From Bacteriovoracia bacterium (lineage in GTDB: Bacteria; Bdellovibrionota; Bacteriovoracia; Bacteriovoracales; Bacteriovoracaceae), in contig JBKHVI010000048.1 in assembly GCA_046570105.1 (NCBI GenBank), positions 1-19,554 on the forward strand: a DNA stretch of 19,554 nt, written 5' to 3'. The notes under the pieces were generated by a model, which did no database searches, was not told the origin of the DNA, and was given only the letters and a program-made list of their open reading frames with translations. The number at the start of each line of letters is the position of its first letter. Position 1 is the stretch's first letter. The position numbers and the translations under genes are program-made. Below, piece by piece: positions 1 through 7,493 of the stretch.

Positions 1-1035
1 GGAAGAAGGTTTCAAAAACGCATCCGCGGGATTGAAACACTTAAGAAAGCAGAGGCCATTGAGTTTGAATTGAAGAGAGAACTCGCCCGACTTAAAGAAG
101 AGCGAGTTCCCTACCGCTGGGGTGAATGGTTCGATGAATGTATGAAGCGCATGAAGTATGACCTCATGCCTTCAACCATCATGGGCTACGAGACCAGTCT
201 AAAAAAATGGATTCATCCTCATTGGGACAAAACTGAAATTGGTACAATCACCAAAGCTGATGTTTACGACCTAATGTTCACCAAGTGTTCAGGCATTCCG
301 ACTCAGTACACGAGAAGGAATATTTTGAAGATGGTGAAGAGAATTTTCCAGATGGCGGTTGAGGACGGTGCGATTGATAGAAATCCTTGTACGGGAATTA
401 ACGTCAGGGTTTCCGAAGTGGTGCAGAAGGTTCTCACCAACAAAGAAGTGGAAATATTTCTCCAAGAGGCAAAGCTCGCGAACCATCGCTTCTATCCTGT
501 GTGGCTTATGGCCCTCATGACTGGAATGCGATCAGGCGAACTTTATGCTCTTAGGTGGTCGGACATTGACTTTGATGCGCAAACAATTTCAGTGACCAGA
601 CAGTGGACTTCTAAAAACGGATTCTGTGCTACAAAGACTCGTAGAAGCCGTGTGGTTCCAATCAACGATGACCTACTTTCCTTTTTAAGGGAGTACAAAG
701 GCAAAGCTGAGACAGAACTGGTTCTTCCTAGACTCGGAGAATGGGAACATGGAGAACAAGCACGAGTGACTAGAGATTTTTGTGTGGGAATTGGGATCAC
801 ACCTGTGAAGTTCCATGACTTGAGGGCCACTTTCATAACCAATCTACTGGCGCGAGGCGAAAGCCTGGCCCGTGTGATGAGTATCGTGGGACACAATGAA
901 CTGAAGACCACGAATCTTTATCTCCGTAAGGCCGGTGTGGACGTTCAAGGTGGGACAAACAAGCTTGGTTACAAAGTGCCGAAGGTGGAGAATGCAGAGG
1001 TAATTTCACTGTTTGAGCGAAAAACTATGAAATGA
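1..1035 (+). CDS. int: Tyrosine recombinase / phage-type integrase, 5'-truncated by the window
   Basis: Frame 1 is open from base 1 (GRRFQKRIRGIETLKKAEAIEFELKRE..., arm-domain-like), so the real start lies upstream of the window. The catalytic set is complete: R in TGMRSGEL, K in TKT, HDLR, GH, and Y in TTNLY. The core-binding region includes AVEDGAIDRNPC. Confidence 0.95.
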   Translation, partial: GRRFQKRIRGIETLKKAEAIEFELKRELARLKEERVPYRWGEWFDECMKRMKYDLMPSTIMGYETSLKKWIHPHWDKTEIGTITKADVYDLMFTKCSGIPTQYTRRNILKMVKRIFQMAVEDGAIDRNPCTGINVRVSEVVQKVLTNKEVEIFLQEAKLANHRFYPVWLMALMTGMRSGELYALRWSDIDFDAQTISVTRQWTSKNGFCATKTRRSRVVPINDDLLSFLREYKGKAETELVLPRLGEWEHGEQARVTRDFCVGIGITPVKFHDLRATFITNLLARGESLARVMSIVGHNELKTTNLYLRKAGVDVQGGTNKLGYKVPKVENAEVISLFERKTMK

Positions 1036-1042
1036 TGTTTTT

Positions 1043-1058
1043 TTGCTACAAATTGCTA
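1043..1058 (+). repeat. Direct repeat TTGCTA-N4-TTGCTA, candidate integrase arm-type sites
   Basis: ttgctacaaattgcta has a 10-bp period and lies between the int stop and the att core, the usual place for arm-type sites. Confidence 0.45.
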
Positions 1059-1085
1059 TTCTGATGAGTTAAATAGAATGTAATT

Positions 1086-1118
1086 GGGTGGTTGGCCTTA
1101 AAACCGTCAACCACCCCA
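1086..1118 (+). mobile_element. Putative attachment site (element boundary) containing a displaced tRNA-His 3' fragment
   Basis: CCGT-CAACCAC-C-CCA (1104-1118) has the form of a tRNA-His 3' end: acceptor strand, C73 discriminator, then CCA. It is preceded by the complementary GGGTGGTTG (1086-1094), lies 50 bp after int and is followed by a terminator. Confidence 0.65.
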
Positions 1119-1131
1119 CTTTAGAAATAAT

Positions 1132-1158
1132 AAAGGCCTGCGTAAGCGGGCCTTTTTT
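1132..1158 (+). terminator. Rho-independent terminator
   Basis: AAAGGCCTGC-GTAA-GCGGGCC followed by TTTTTT: a GC stem with a GNRA-type loop and a T tract. Confidence 0.85.
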
Positions 1159-1353
1159 ATGTTTGGATTCGAAATGATAATCGTTAAACACCCTATACAA
1201 ACTTGGTCAGCGATCTTGGTGCTAAATCTGGGCATAATGGCCTGGAAATTGTTCATTAGTAAAAAACGAAAAGATCCTCAAGACTATGTCTTAATATTCA
1301 CCTGCTCGCTTATTTCAATTACCTCTGTGTGCTGTATCTTGTATTTCATTTGA
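1159..1353 (+). CDS. Small hypothetical membrane protein (two hydrophobic helices); start uncertain, 1159 or 1174
   Basis: Two hydrophobic stretches separated by a basic loop (KKRKD). No clear RBS. Confidence 0.4.
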   Translation: MFGFEMIIVKHPIQTWSAILVLNLGIMAWKLFISKKRKDPQDYVLIFTCSLISITSVCCILYFI

Positions 1354-1444
1354 AAGATTGACCTGGTTTAACCCACAGGAATTTTGAAATTAATTTCAAT
1401 CTTTTGTGAAAGCACAAAATGGATTAACAAGCTATTCTCTCTCC

Positions 1445-1606
1445 ATGAAAATTCTAATGTTTTCTCCGAAGGTCGCTTCATTTGTCAGACAACTCTCCAA
1501 TGGTCTGAACAACCACCGACTTGCCCAATCACTAAGACGAATAGCAAGGAAGTTAAAGCAAGTGATTGGGATGGCGTTTTATGTCATGCTATATAAATAC
1601 ATATGA
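1445..1606 (+). CDS. Small basic hypothetical protein (53 aa) coupled to alkC
   Basis: ATG at 1445 is preceded by the -10-like TATTCT-N6. Its stop overlaps the alkC start as ATGA (1603-1606). Confidence 0.4.
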   Translation: MKILMFSPKVASFVRQLSNGLNNHRLAQSLRRIARKLKQVIGMAFYVMLYKYI

Positions 1607-2724
1607 GCAAAACCGACAAACCCTCAGCTTTTAAGAATTGGATCAATTCCGACGTTGTAAAAACCATCGCGGCGGAAATCGCAGCCGTTTATAAATCTTT
1701 CGATCAAAAAGAATTTAATAAGGTGGCGCAAGAGTTTGCACCCTTGGAACTGAAAGATCGTGTTTTAGCTATCACGCGATCACTTAAAACTCATTTGCCA
1801 TCAGACTATGAAAAGTCAGTCGCGATTCTCGTTCAAGTGATGAAGGGAGATAAACTGAGTGGTTTCTCTCTCTGGCCTTTTTCAGAGTATATCGGCCAGC
1901 ACGGGCTGGAGCATTTTGATGAGTCAATGAAGGCGATGCATCTGTTAACTCAGAAATTCACGTCGGAGTTTGCCATCCGTCCTTATTTTATTAAGGATGC
2001 CTCACGGGTGTTGGGCCATTTTAAAAAGTTTGCTCATGATGAAAGTGAACATGTCCGTCGCTGGGTTTCTGAGGGATCACGCCCGCTTCTTCCATGGGGT
2101 CTACGTCTTCCCGTTTTTGTAGAGAATCCTCATCTCACCTTAGAGCTTTTAGAAATATTAAAATTTGATGAAGCACTCTATGTGAGGAAAAGTATCGCCA
2201 ATCATCTAAATGATATTTCAAAGCATCATCCTAAAGTGGTGATTGATACGATCAGTTCTTGGACAAAGAACTGTCCCCCCGAGCACGCTGACAAGATGAC
2301 GTGGATCAAACGACAGGCATTGCGCACCCTTATTAAAAAAGGTCATCCGGGTGCCTTGAAACTTATGGGCGTGGGCGGAGAAACTAAAATCAAAGTGGGC
2401 ACTCTTACTCTCAATAAAGAGCGCTTCAAGCTGAGTGATAAAATTGAATTCTCATTTCTTGTTACTTCGCAAAGTAAGAAGGAACAAAAGCTTGTGGTGG
2501 ATTATCTTATCCACTTTGTTAAATCTAATGGATCACTGGCCCACAAGGTCTATAAACTCAAAAGCTGTCACATCAAAGCGGGCGAGAAGATCTCATTTAA
2601 GAAGTCCCACTCACTTAAGCCCATTACTACAATGAAGTGGTATCGAGGGGAACATGTGATTTCCGTTCAAGTGAACGGGAAGGTTTATGCTAAGAAGAAG
2701 TGGTTCTTTGATATTAAGAAATAA
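1603..2724 (+). CDS. alkC: 3-methyladenine DNA glycosylase AlkC (HEAT-like repeats plus C-terminal Ig-like beta domain)
   Basis: Motifs FTSEFAIRPY, SEHVRRWVSEGSRPLLPWG and YVRKSIANHLNDISK. The beta-rich C-terminus (KVYKLK...KPITT...YRGEH...VQVNG) is typical of the long AlkC form. Confidence 0.88.
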   Translation: MSKTDKPSAFKNWINSDVVKTIAAEIAAVYKSFDQKEFNKVAQEFAPLELKDRVLAITRSLKTHLPSDYEKSVAILVQVMKGDKLSGFSLWPFSEYIGQHGLEHFDESMKAMHLLTQKFTSEFAIRPYFIKDASRVLGHFKKFAHDESEHVRRWVSEGSRPLLPWGLRLPVFVENPHLTLELLEILKFDEALYVRKSIANHLNDISKHHPKVVIDTISSWTKNCPPEHADKMTWIKRQALRTLIKKGHPGALKLMGVGGETKIKVGTLTLNKERFKLSDKIEFSFLVTSQSKKEQKLVVDYLIHFVKSNGSLAHKVYKLKSCHIKAGEKISFKKSHSLKPITTMKWYRGEHVISVQVNGKVYAKKKWFFDIKK

Positions 2725-2756
2725 CCAACACTTGCCGTCCGCGTTAAAGCCTGTGA

Positions 2757-2786
2757 TTGTCGTTTTTAAAGAAGTCTTGTTATCGT
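2757..2786 (+). promoter_or_regulatory. Sigma70-type promoter directly upstream of the start codon (likely leaderless mRNA)
   Basis: TTGTCG-N18-TATCGT with an extended TG, then 7 nt to ATG 2794. No SD. Confidence 0.5.
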
Positions 2787-2793
2787 CTCGAAC

Positions 2794-3585
2794 ATGACAC
2801 TTCCTACTGCTTCAAAGCTTTTTTTGCACTTCGGCCCAGGCGGTAACTGCCTGGTGGAAAAATCTATCTTTGGTTCAGAGCTCGCCATTGAATGGTGGGA
2901 TCAACCCAGCTTCGCGATAGATGATAAAGAGGCTTTATCGAAGCTTCGCCAGGCCGCTGTTGATAAAATCCGCACGATGCACGGATCAGCACATAAGAAA
3001 ATTACCGTGTTCGCCAATAGTTATGGGGCCCATCTCGCAGTGGCCGCCATTCAAGAAGTTCAAGATCTAATTGAGCATGTGGTGATTCTTGGATCACAGC
3101 CCAAGATTTCATCGTCCTATGAAAACCTCGCTCAGTTTCTCCTCATACAAAATCCCAAAAACCTTGAGTTAAAAGAAGCGAGCCTCGCTTTTGGAAAAAG
3201 CAAGACGTGGGAAAGTTTTCAGACTCTCTTAGGGGCCATTAGTAGTGTCGAAGGATTTATGCTGAACTACTGGCACAAAAAAGATTCCAAGGCCTTCAAA
3301 CTTTGGCTCGAGATTGCGTCCCAAGACAAACTTATGAACTTCGATAGTTTCCTCGCGATCATCCAGGGCCACTTTGCGGAAGGCACTTTTGATCAGCTGG
3401 CCTCAGCAGAAGCTATTCCCATTCCAGCTAGTTATATTTACGGAGCTTTCGATCCACTGGCCTGCGAAGAAGAAGATGTGCCTCAATGGAAGCACATCTT
3501 TCCTCAATTGCAAGTAAGGCAACTCGATTGCGGTCACTTCGTTCATTTAGAGGTCGCGACTTCAGATTGGCTCAGTCCTACTTAA
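2794..3585 (+). CDS. Alpha/beta-fold hydrolase
   Basis: Oxyanion loop LHFGPGG, nucleophile elbow ANSYG, acid in YGAFDPL, and His in CGHFVHLE. Confidence 0.85.
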   Translation: MTLPTASKLFLHFGPGGNCLVEKSIFGSELAIEWWDQPSFAIDDKEALSKLRQAAVDKIRTMHGSAHKKITVFANSYGAHLAVAAIQEVQDLIEHVVILGSQPKISSSYENLAQFLLIQNPKNLELKEASLAFGKSKTWESFQTLLGAISSVEGFMLNYWHKKDSKAFKLWLEIASQDKLMNFDSFLAIIQGHFAEGTFDQLASAEAIPIPASYIYGAFDPLACEEEDVPQWKHIFPQLQVRQLDCGHFVHLEVATSDWLSPT

Positions 3586-4465
3586 CTTTCTTTCCCTTTT
3601 TAACAGTGAGATCGGCCAGATCTATCGCCAAATATTCCGGTAATACCGGTGTGGGCTCGATTTGAGTCAAAAGACCAAGTTTCTCTGGCGACTTAGTCAG
3701 CAACACATCAAGCAGCAATCGTATGCAGACTGTCGCATGGCCCACAAGCGCGGCCGGCCCAAAGATGGGAACTCTTTTGCAATCAATCTCGTCTTGAAAG
3801 CCACTTAAGAATGTTTGATCCATATAACTCGAGTGAGGTGTAGAGAAGATTTCAACCACTTCTTTGCCCGGAGGATTGGTCATGCGATCTTTGGGAATCG
3901 ATTGAATAAGATCTTCAAAAGTAAAATCGTTCCCCACAAACTTATAGAATCGAATCCCCATTCCTAAAATATAAGCACTATAAACAGGTATGTTTCTTTT
4001 TCTGGCAGCTTTATGAAGCATGATATGGGCATTGAGTGGATACACATCAATCTCATCGACAATGATATCGCAACCTTCGACAAACTCTTCAACCGTCTCT
4101 TCTGTAATACCTGTGAGATATGTGACTAACTCAAAGTCGTCAGCTATTTTAAGTAGTTCATTTCGTAAAACTTCGGCTTTTGATTGTCCGACTGATTCGC
4201 GATTAGCAATCACTTGCCGCTGAATATTGCTTACATCTACGGTGTCTGGGTCGGTAATTCTTAAATGCCCAACTCCCATCCGCACCAACGTTTCAGCGAT
4301 GTTGGAACCCATCCCTCCAAGACCAGCAACTCCAATTTTAAGTTTTCTAATTTCATCTTGACCGGCTGAGCCCCCAATAAAAAAATGATTTCGTTTAGTC
4401 CTCTCGTGATAAATCTCTTGAGACAATTTTCCTTTATCGAAATACTTGGCATTTTTGTATGACAT
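3578..4465 (-). CDS. ThiF/MoeB/E1-family adenylyltransferase without CxxC zinc motifs
   Basis: RN...IG...Q..I...KIGVAGLGGMGS, DPDTVDVSNIQRQ, VGQSKA and DIIVDEID. SD AGGAG lies upstream on the minus strand. Confidence 0.92.
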   Translation of the reverse strand: MSYKNAKYFDKGKLSQEIYHERTKRNHFFIGGSAGQDEIRKLKIGVAGLGGMGSNIAETLVRMGVGHLRITDPDTVDVSNIQRQVIANRESVGQSKAEVLRNELLKIADDFELVTYLTGITEETVEEFVEGCDIIVDEIDVYPLNAHIMLHKAARKRNIPVYSAYILGMGIRFYKFVGNDFTFEDLIQSIPKDRMTNPPGKEVVEIFSTPHSSYMDQTFLSGFQDEIDCKRVPIFGPAALVGHATVCIRLLLDVLLTKSPEKLGLLTQIEPTPVLPEYLAIDLADLTVKKGKKVK

Positions 4466-4471
4466 TACTTA

Positions 4472-4548
4472 CTCCTAATTTGCTCTAAGTTTTAAATTTC
4501 GTTATTCCGATCGGAATCGCATCAACAAAACTTAGACCTGATTTGGAG
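4472..4548. promoter_or_regulatory. Two-fold symmetric divergent promoter/operator; two overlapping sigma28-like promoters may share a palindromic -10
   Basis: Perfect palindrome ATTCCGATCGGAAT (4504-4517) flanked by TCTAAGTTTT (4484-4493) and AAAACTTAGA (4527-4536). It reads TAAG-N16-TCCGATCG on + and TAAG-N15-TCCGATCG on -. Confidence 0.65.
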
Positions 4549-4552
4549 AAAC

Positions 4553-5233
4553 ATGAAATTAGTTATTCTAAAGAAACCGATTGAGATGCTTACCAGCGAA
4601 GATTGCCGCAAAGTCTTTATGGATGTCATTGAACTAAGACAGCGTCTTTACAGAGAGCAATTCGATAAAGTCTTATGTTTAGATAAATATGATTTAATAT
4701 CAGATCACTTTATTATTTATGACTCAGAAACTCAGCAGCCTATCATCTATATGCGCTCAATCTCTAAACAAGTATGTGATGAATTTAGTGTCCCCGTCCC
4801 TCTTTATGAGTCGTTGAGAAATTCCACAACTCATCTCCAAGACCTCAATACTTTTTATCAACTCACTCCTGCTGCTCTCAACATGAGTTTTTTATGCAAA
4901 GACACAACCTTTAATGAAAAGATCAAGAGACTCAAAATCTGCAACTTGATGATTTGGCTGGCCTTTAAGGCCTCAAATCTTAGTATGCATGAACTTGGAT
5001 ACTGTGCGACCCCAAACGCAAAATATAATTTGAAGCGTAGCCTTAATGAGATCGGAAGTTTTTATGGTACCCTTCCTGAATTCATTCACCCAACAGTACC
5101 TGAGCCACATGAGCTCGTGATGATTCATCAAGTGAGTGCCACTTTTTGGTTTGAAATGGAATTACGCTTTGGAGAACTATTTAATAATCGAAGTGAAATT
5201 TCGCGAGAAGCTGAATTGAATGAAGCTGCCTAG
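4553..5233 (+). CDS. LuxI/FeeM-like (GNAT-fold) N-acyltransferase, putative signal or N-acyl amino acid synthase
   Basis: The N-terminal pattern LRxxxY...DKYD...HF...(YM)R matches the conserved R/aromatic/D-x-x-D/R block of AHL synthases and N-acyl amino acid synthases. SD GGAG at 4545-4548. Confidence 0.6.
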   Translation: MKLVILKKPIEMLTSEDCRKVFMDVIELRQRLYREQFDKVLCLDKYDLISDHFIIYDSETQQPIIYMRSISKQVCDEFSVPVPLYESLRNSTTHLQDLNTFYQLTPAALNMSFLCKDTTFNEKIKRLKICNLMIWLAFKASNLSMHELGYCATPNAKYNLKRSLNEIGSFYGTLPEFIHPTVPEPHELVMIHQVSATFWFEMELRFGELFNNRSEISREAELNEAA

Positions 5234-6081
5234 TTGGCAAATTTAATCTCGAAGCGATCGGTGGAGTCACCTTGATGGACACTTGAGAGTGTACGGGCCC
5301 TCGTAAAGCCGGCACAGAACTCTTGAATAAACCCAACACAACCCCCTTGGCGGTAGGCATTCACAAATGGGGTATCAATGATGTGTGTCTTAAGCTCTTC
5401 CTGACGAATCTCTTTCGCGGTGACTTCTACATTGATGGTTGAAGCAGTCAGGCTTTCAATTTTATAATTAAAATTCGTTTCAAATTTTTGCATGGTCTCT
5501 TCGAAAATCTTCTCCAAAACCTGACTTGGCGTCGCGAGTTCTTGGTAGCCCTCAACCAGAGATTTGTTCTCATTCAGCTTAATGATCTCATATCCCATCA
5601 TATAAAATGCTGAATCACTCATTCCTAAATCATGCGCCTCTGTCAGAATATCCACCAAAAGTGCAATACTCACTTCGGTGTCTGGAGTCTGCAAAATTTG
5701 GCGAGGGAACTTCAATTTATTAAGGATATGATTAAAACTTTTTTCGCCAATCACATTTCGAATGTAGTTTAGCGGCGGCAAACTTGTGCGAACGCGTGAC
5801 CCCCGAGATAAAGTGTACTTTTCCTGTAAGGCAGGCGTTTTCAACCAGTCATAATCGATACGATCGTTAATAAAATCTGAAGCAGTAATATTGAAGTACT
5901 TACTCAGCTTCATAATCGTTAACGGCTGAACCGAGTTTGTCTTTAAATCATCAAGTTCGGAATCTGAGAAGGAAGCCTCTTTATTAATCTCTAGCACGTC
6001 TCTATCGAGAAGCTGACAGAGCTTCTCGTAGCGCGAATAAAGATTATTAGTCGAAGGCAAGCGCCCTTCATGCAAACTCAT
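5230..6081 (-). CDS. Putative regulator: degenerate XRE-like HTH plus H-NOX/V4R/AraC-N-like ligand-binding domain
   Basis: KLSKYFNITASDF resembles the end of an XRE domain. The central region is paralogous to the 6068-6916 protein. The C-terminal SSVHQGDSTDRFEI resembles the V4R C-x3-GD-x2-C-x-F end without the cysteines. Confidence 0.6.
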   Translation of the reverse strand: MSLHEGRLPSTNNLYSRYEKLCQLLDRDVLEINKEASFSDSELDDLKTNSVQPLTIMKLSKYFNITASDFINDRIDYDWLKTPALQEKYTLSRGSRVRTSLPPLNYIRNVIGEKSFNHILNKLKFPRQILQTPDTEVSIALLVDILTEAHDLGMSDSAFYMMGYEIIKLNENKSLVEGYQELATPSQVLEKIFEETMQKFETNFNYKIESLTASTINVEVTAKEIRQEELKTHIIDTPFVNAYRQGGCVGFIQEFCAGFTRARTLSSVHQGDSTDRFEIKFAN

Positions 6082-6916
6082 ATTCCAATATCTCTTTGAA
6101 GAAGACCTGATGTTTGACTTCTACATTCTTGTTCAGATTTGAATAAAGCTTCGCCAAATAGGAAGCAAACGGCGTGGTGTAATCCACAGGCGCTGAACGA
6201 GTATTCTTCATTTTCGGTAAACGAATTCTAGCCAAACGTGACTTAGGATTACACTCAACCGCTTCGTCCACTCCAGCTTGCATATAAACCACTTTGAGGA
6301 ATTCCAAGAAATCGGCCGAGACTTCCTTCTTTGGAATCGCTACGTTCTTAAGAGAATCGCCAAAAACTCGCTGATCTAGTGCGTGAGAGACCATACGATC
6401 AAGGACATTCGATTTTTCAGTAATAACTTTCTCTCTGACTGCCAGCTCAAAAAGATCCCAAAGTAAATTTGCATTGACCAACAATGTGGGCTCTACAAAG
6501 TGGTATTCCTTTAAGTTGAGCGACTTAAGAACTTTAATTGTTTTCTCTTCACCTAGTTGATCTACAAAACTCATCAAAATCGGATAAGCCACACGAATCG
6601 GAGCATTCGCGTTATTCGAGTAACGAGCAGGCAAGAAGTTGGTGTTCTGAAAACTCTTCAACAGCTTCTTGAATGGAATTTGCCCACAGACAAAATTATC
6701 AATTGAAATATCCAGTCCCTCTTTCAAGGTTTGAAGTTGATCTAAATTAAATTTAACCTCACCTACACCTTGCTCCATCTTTGAGAGCCAGCCCTGTGTG
6801 CTGGTTAAAAGAGTGGCCATCTCTTTTTGATTGAGGCCGCAGAACTCACGTGTATAGTGCAGGATTTTATTTGGAGCGTAAGGAGGGAAAAACCAGTATT
6901 TTGTGTTTGATGCCAT
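6068..6916 (-). CDS. XRE (HTH_3) family transcriptional regulator with C-terminal ligand-binding-like domain
   Basis: LHYTREFCGLNQKEMATLLTSTQGWLSKMEQG is a canonical XRE HTH. It overlaps the downstream paralog by 14 bp. Confidence 0.8.
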   Translation of the reverse strand: MASNTKYWFFPPYAPNKILHYTREFCGLNQKEMATLLTSTQGWLSKMEQGVGEVKFNLDQLQTLKEGLDISIDNFVCGQIPFKKLLKSFQNTNFLPARYSNNANAPIRVAYPILMSFVDQLGEEKTIKVLKSLNLKEYHFVEPTLLVNANLLWDLFELAVREKVITEKSNVLDRMVSHALDQRVFGDSLKNVAIPKKEVSADFLEFLKVVYMQAGVDEAVECNPKSRLARIRLPKMKNTRSAPVDYTTPFASYLAKLYSNLNKNVEVKHQVFFKEILEYEFA

Positions 6917-7094
6917 AAAACCTTCTTCGTTTTATAAATTCTAGTGACTTAGAACAGACTGCAGCTAGCTTATTCCCAAAGCCACAAGAGGGGAAGAGAT
7001 ACTCCAATACTAATTATTTTCAGTTCTGACTAAGTCGATCGGCATAATTTTTCGCTTGCGACGAGCTTATTCTCGATGGAATAATATCTCCGCC

Positions 7095-7493
7095 ATGAGC
7101 GAACCATACAAAATTCTGGTAGTAGATGACGAGAAAGAAATCCTCGAAATCATTGGATATGTCCTAAACTCACCTCAAATTCAAATTTTTAGTGCTCCTG
7201 ATCCATTTGCTGCAGATCTTGTTCTGCAACAACATGAAATCAATTTAATTGTTTCTGATGAAATATTTCCTGAAACTCGCGGACAACCTTGGATTTCGAA
7301 GTTAAAGAAAAAATACGACCACATGCAATATATCATATTCTCGGGCCAACTTGATTTAGCCGATATCTGCTCCGGTGCAAATTGCCGTTTTATTTATAAG
7401 CCCGATTTTCAATTGCTTCAAAAAGCCATTAAAGAAATTCATCAAAAATGGCTTGAGAATCAAATGGCTCTTTATTCGAAAGAAGCGAAATAA
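7095..7493 (+). CDS. Single-domain response regulator (receiver)
   Basis: KILVVDDE, phospho-acceptor Asp in IVSDEIFP, IIFSG and YKP. ATG 7095 is preferred over TTG 7056 because the REC domain starts right after it. Confidence 0.88.
   Translation: MSEPYKILVVDDEKEILEIIGYVLNSPQIQIFSAPDPFAADLVLQQHEINLIVSDEIFPETRGQPWISKLKKKYDHMQYIIFSGQLDLADICSGANCRFIYKPDFQLLQKAIKEIHQKWLENQMALYSKEAK

Noticed and set aside
1086..1118. Complete tRNA gene
   Set aside because: Only acceptor-stem-like arms are present, with no D arm, anticodon arm or TTCG T-loop. Treated as an att fragment.
1384..1596. 70-aa ORF
   Set aside because: TTG start, no RBS, and it overlaps the better-supported 1445-1606 frame.
3578..4465. 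ThiF as part of CBASS/ubiquitin-like defence, microcin C-type RiPP, or thiamine/molybdopterin synthesis
   Set aside because: No E2, JAB, CD-NTase, sulfur carrier ending in GG, precursor peptide, thi/moa genes or CxxC motifs are seen nearby.
4553..6916. Canonical luxI/luxR pair
   Set aside because: The regulators have N-terminal XRE-type HTHs rather than a C-terminal LuxR HTH. The synthase matches only the N-terminal LuxI/FeeM block, so no gene symbol is assigned.
7030..7043. CTAAGTCGATCGGC as a second copy of the 4484-4536 operator
   Set aside because: It shares only CTAAGT and the CGATCG core, with different spacing and no flanking symmetry. Too weak to call.
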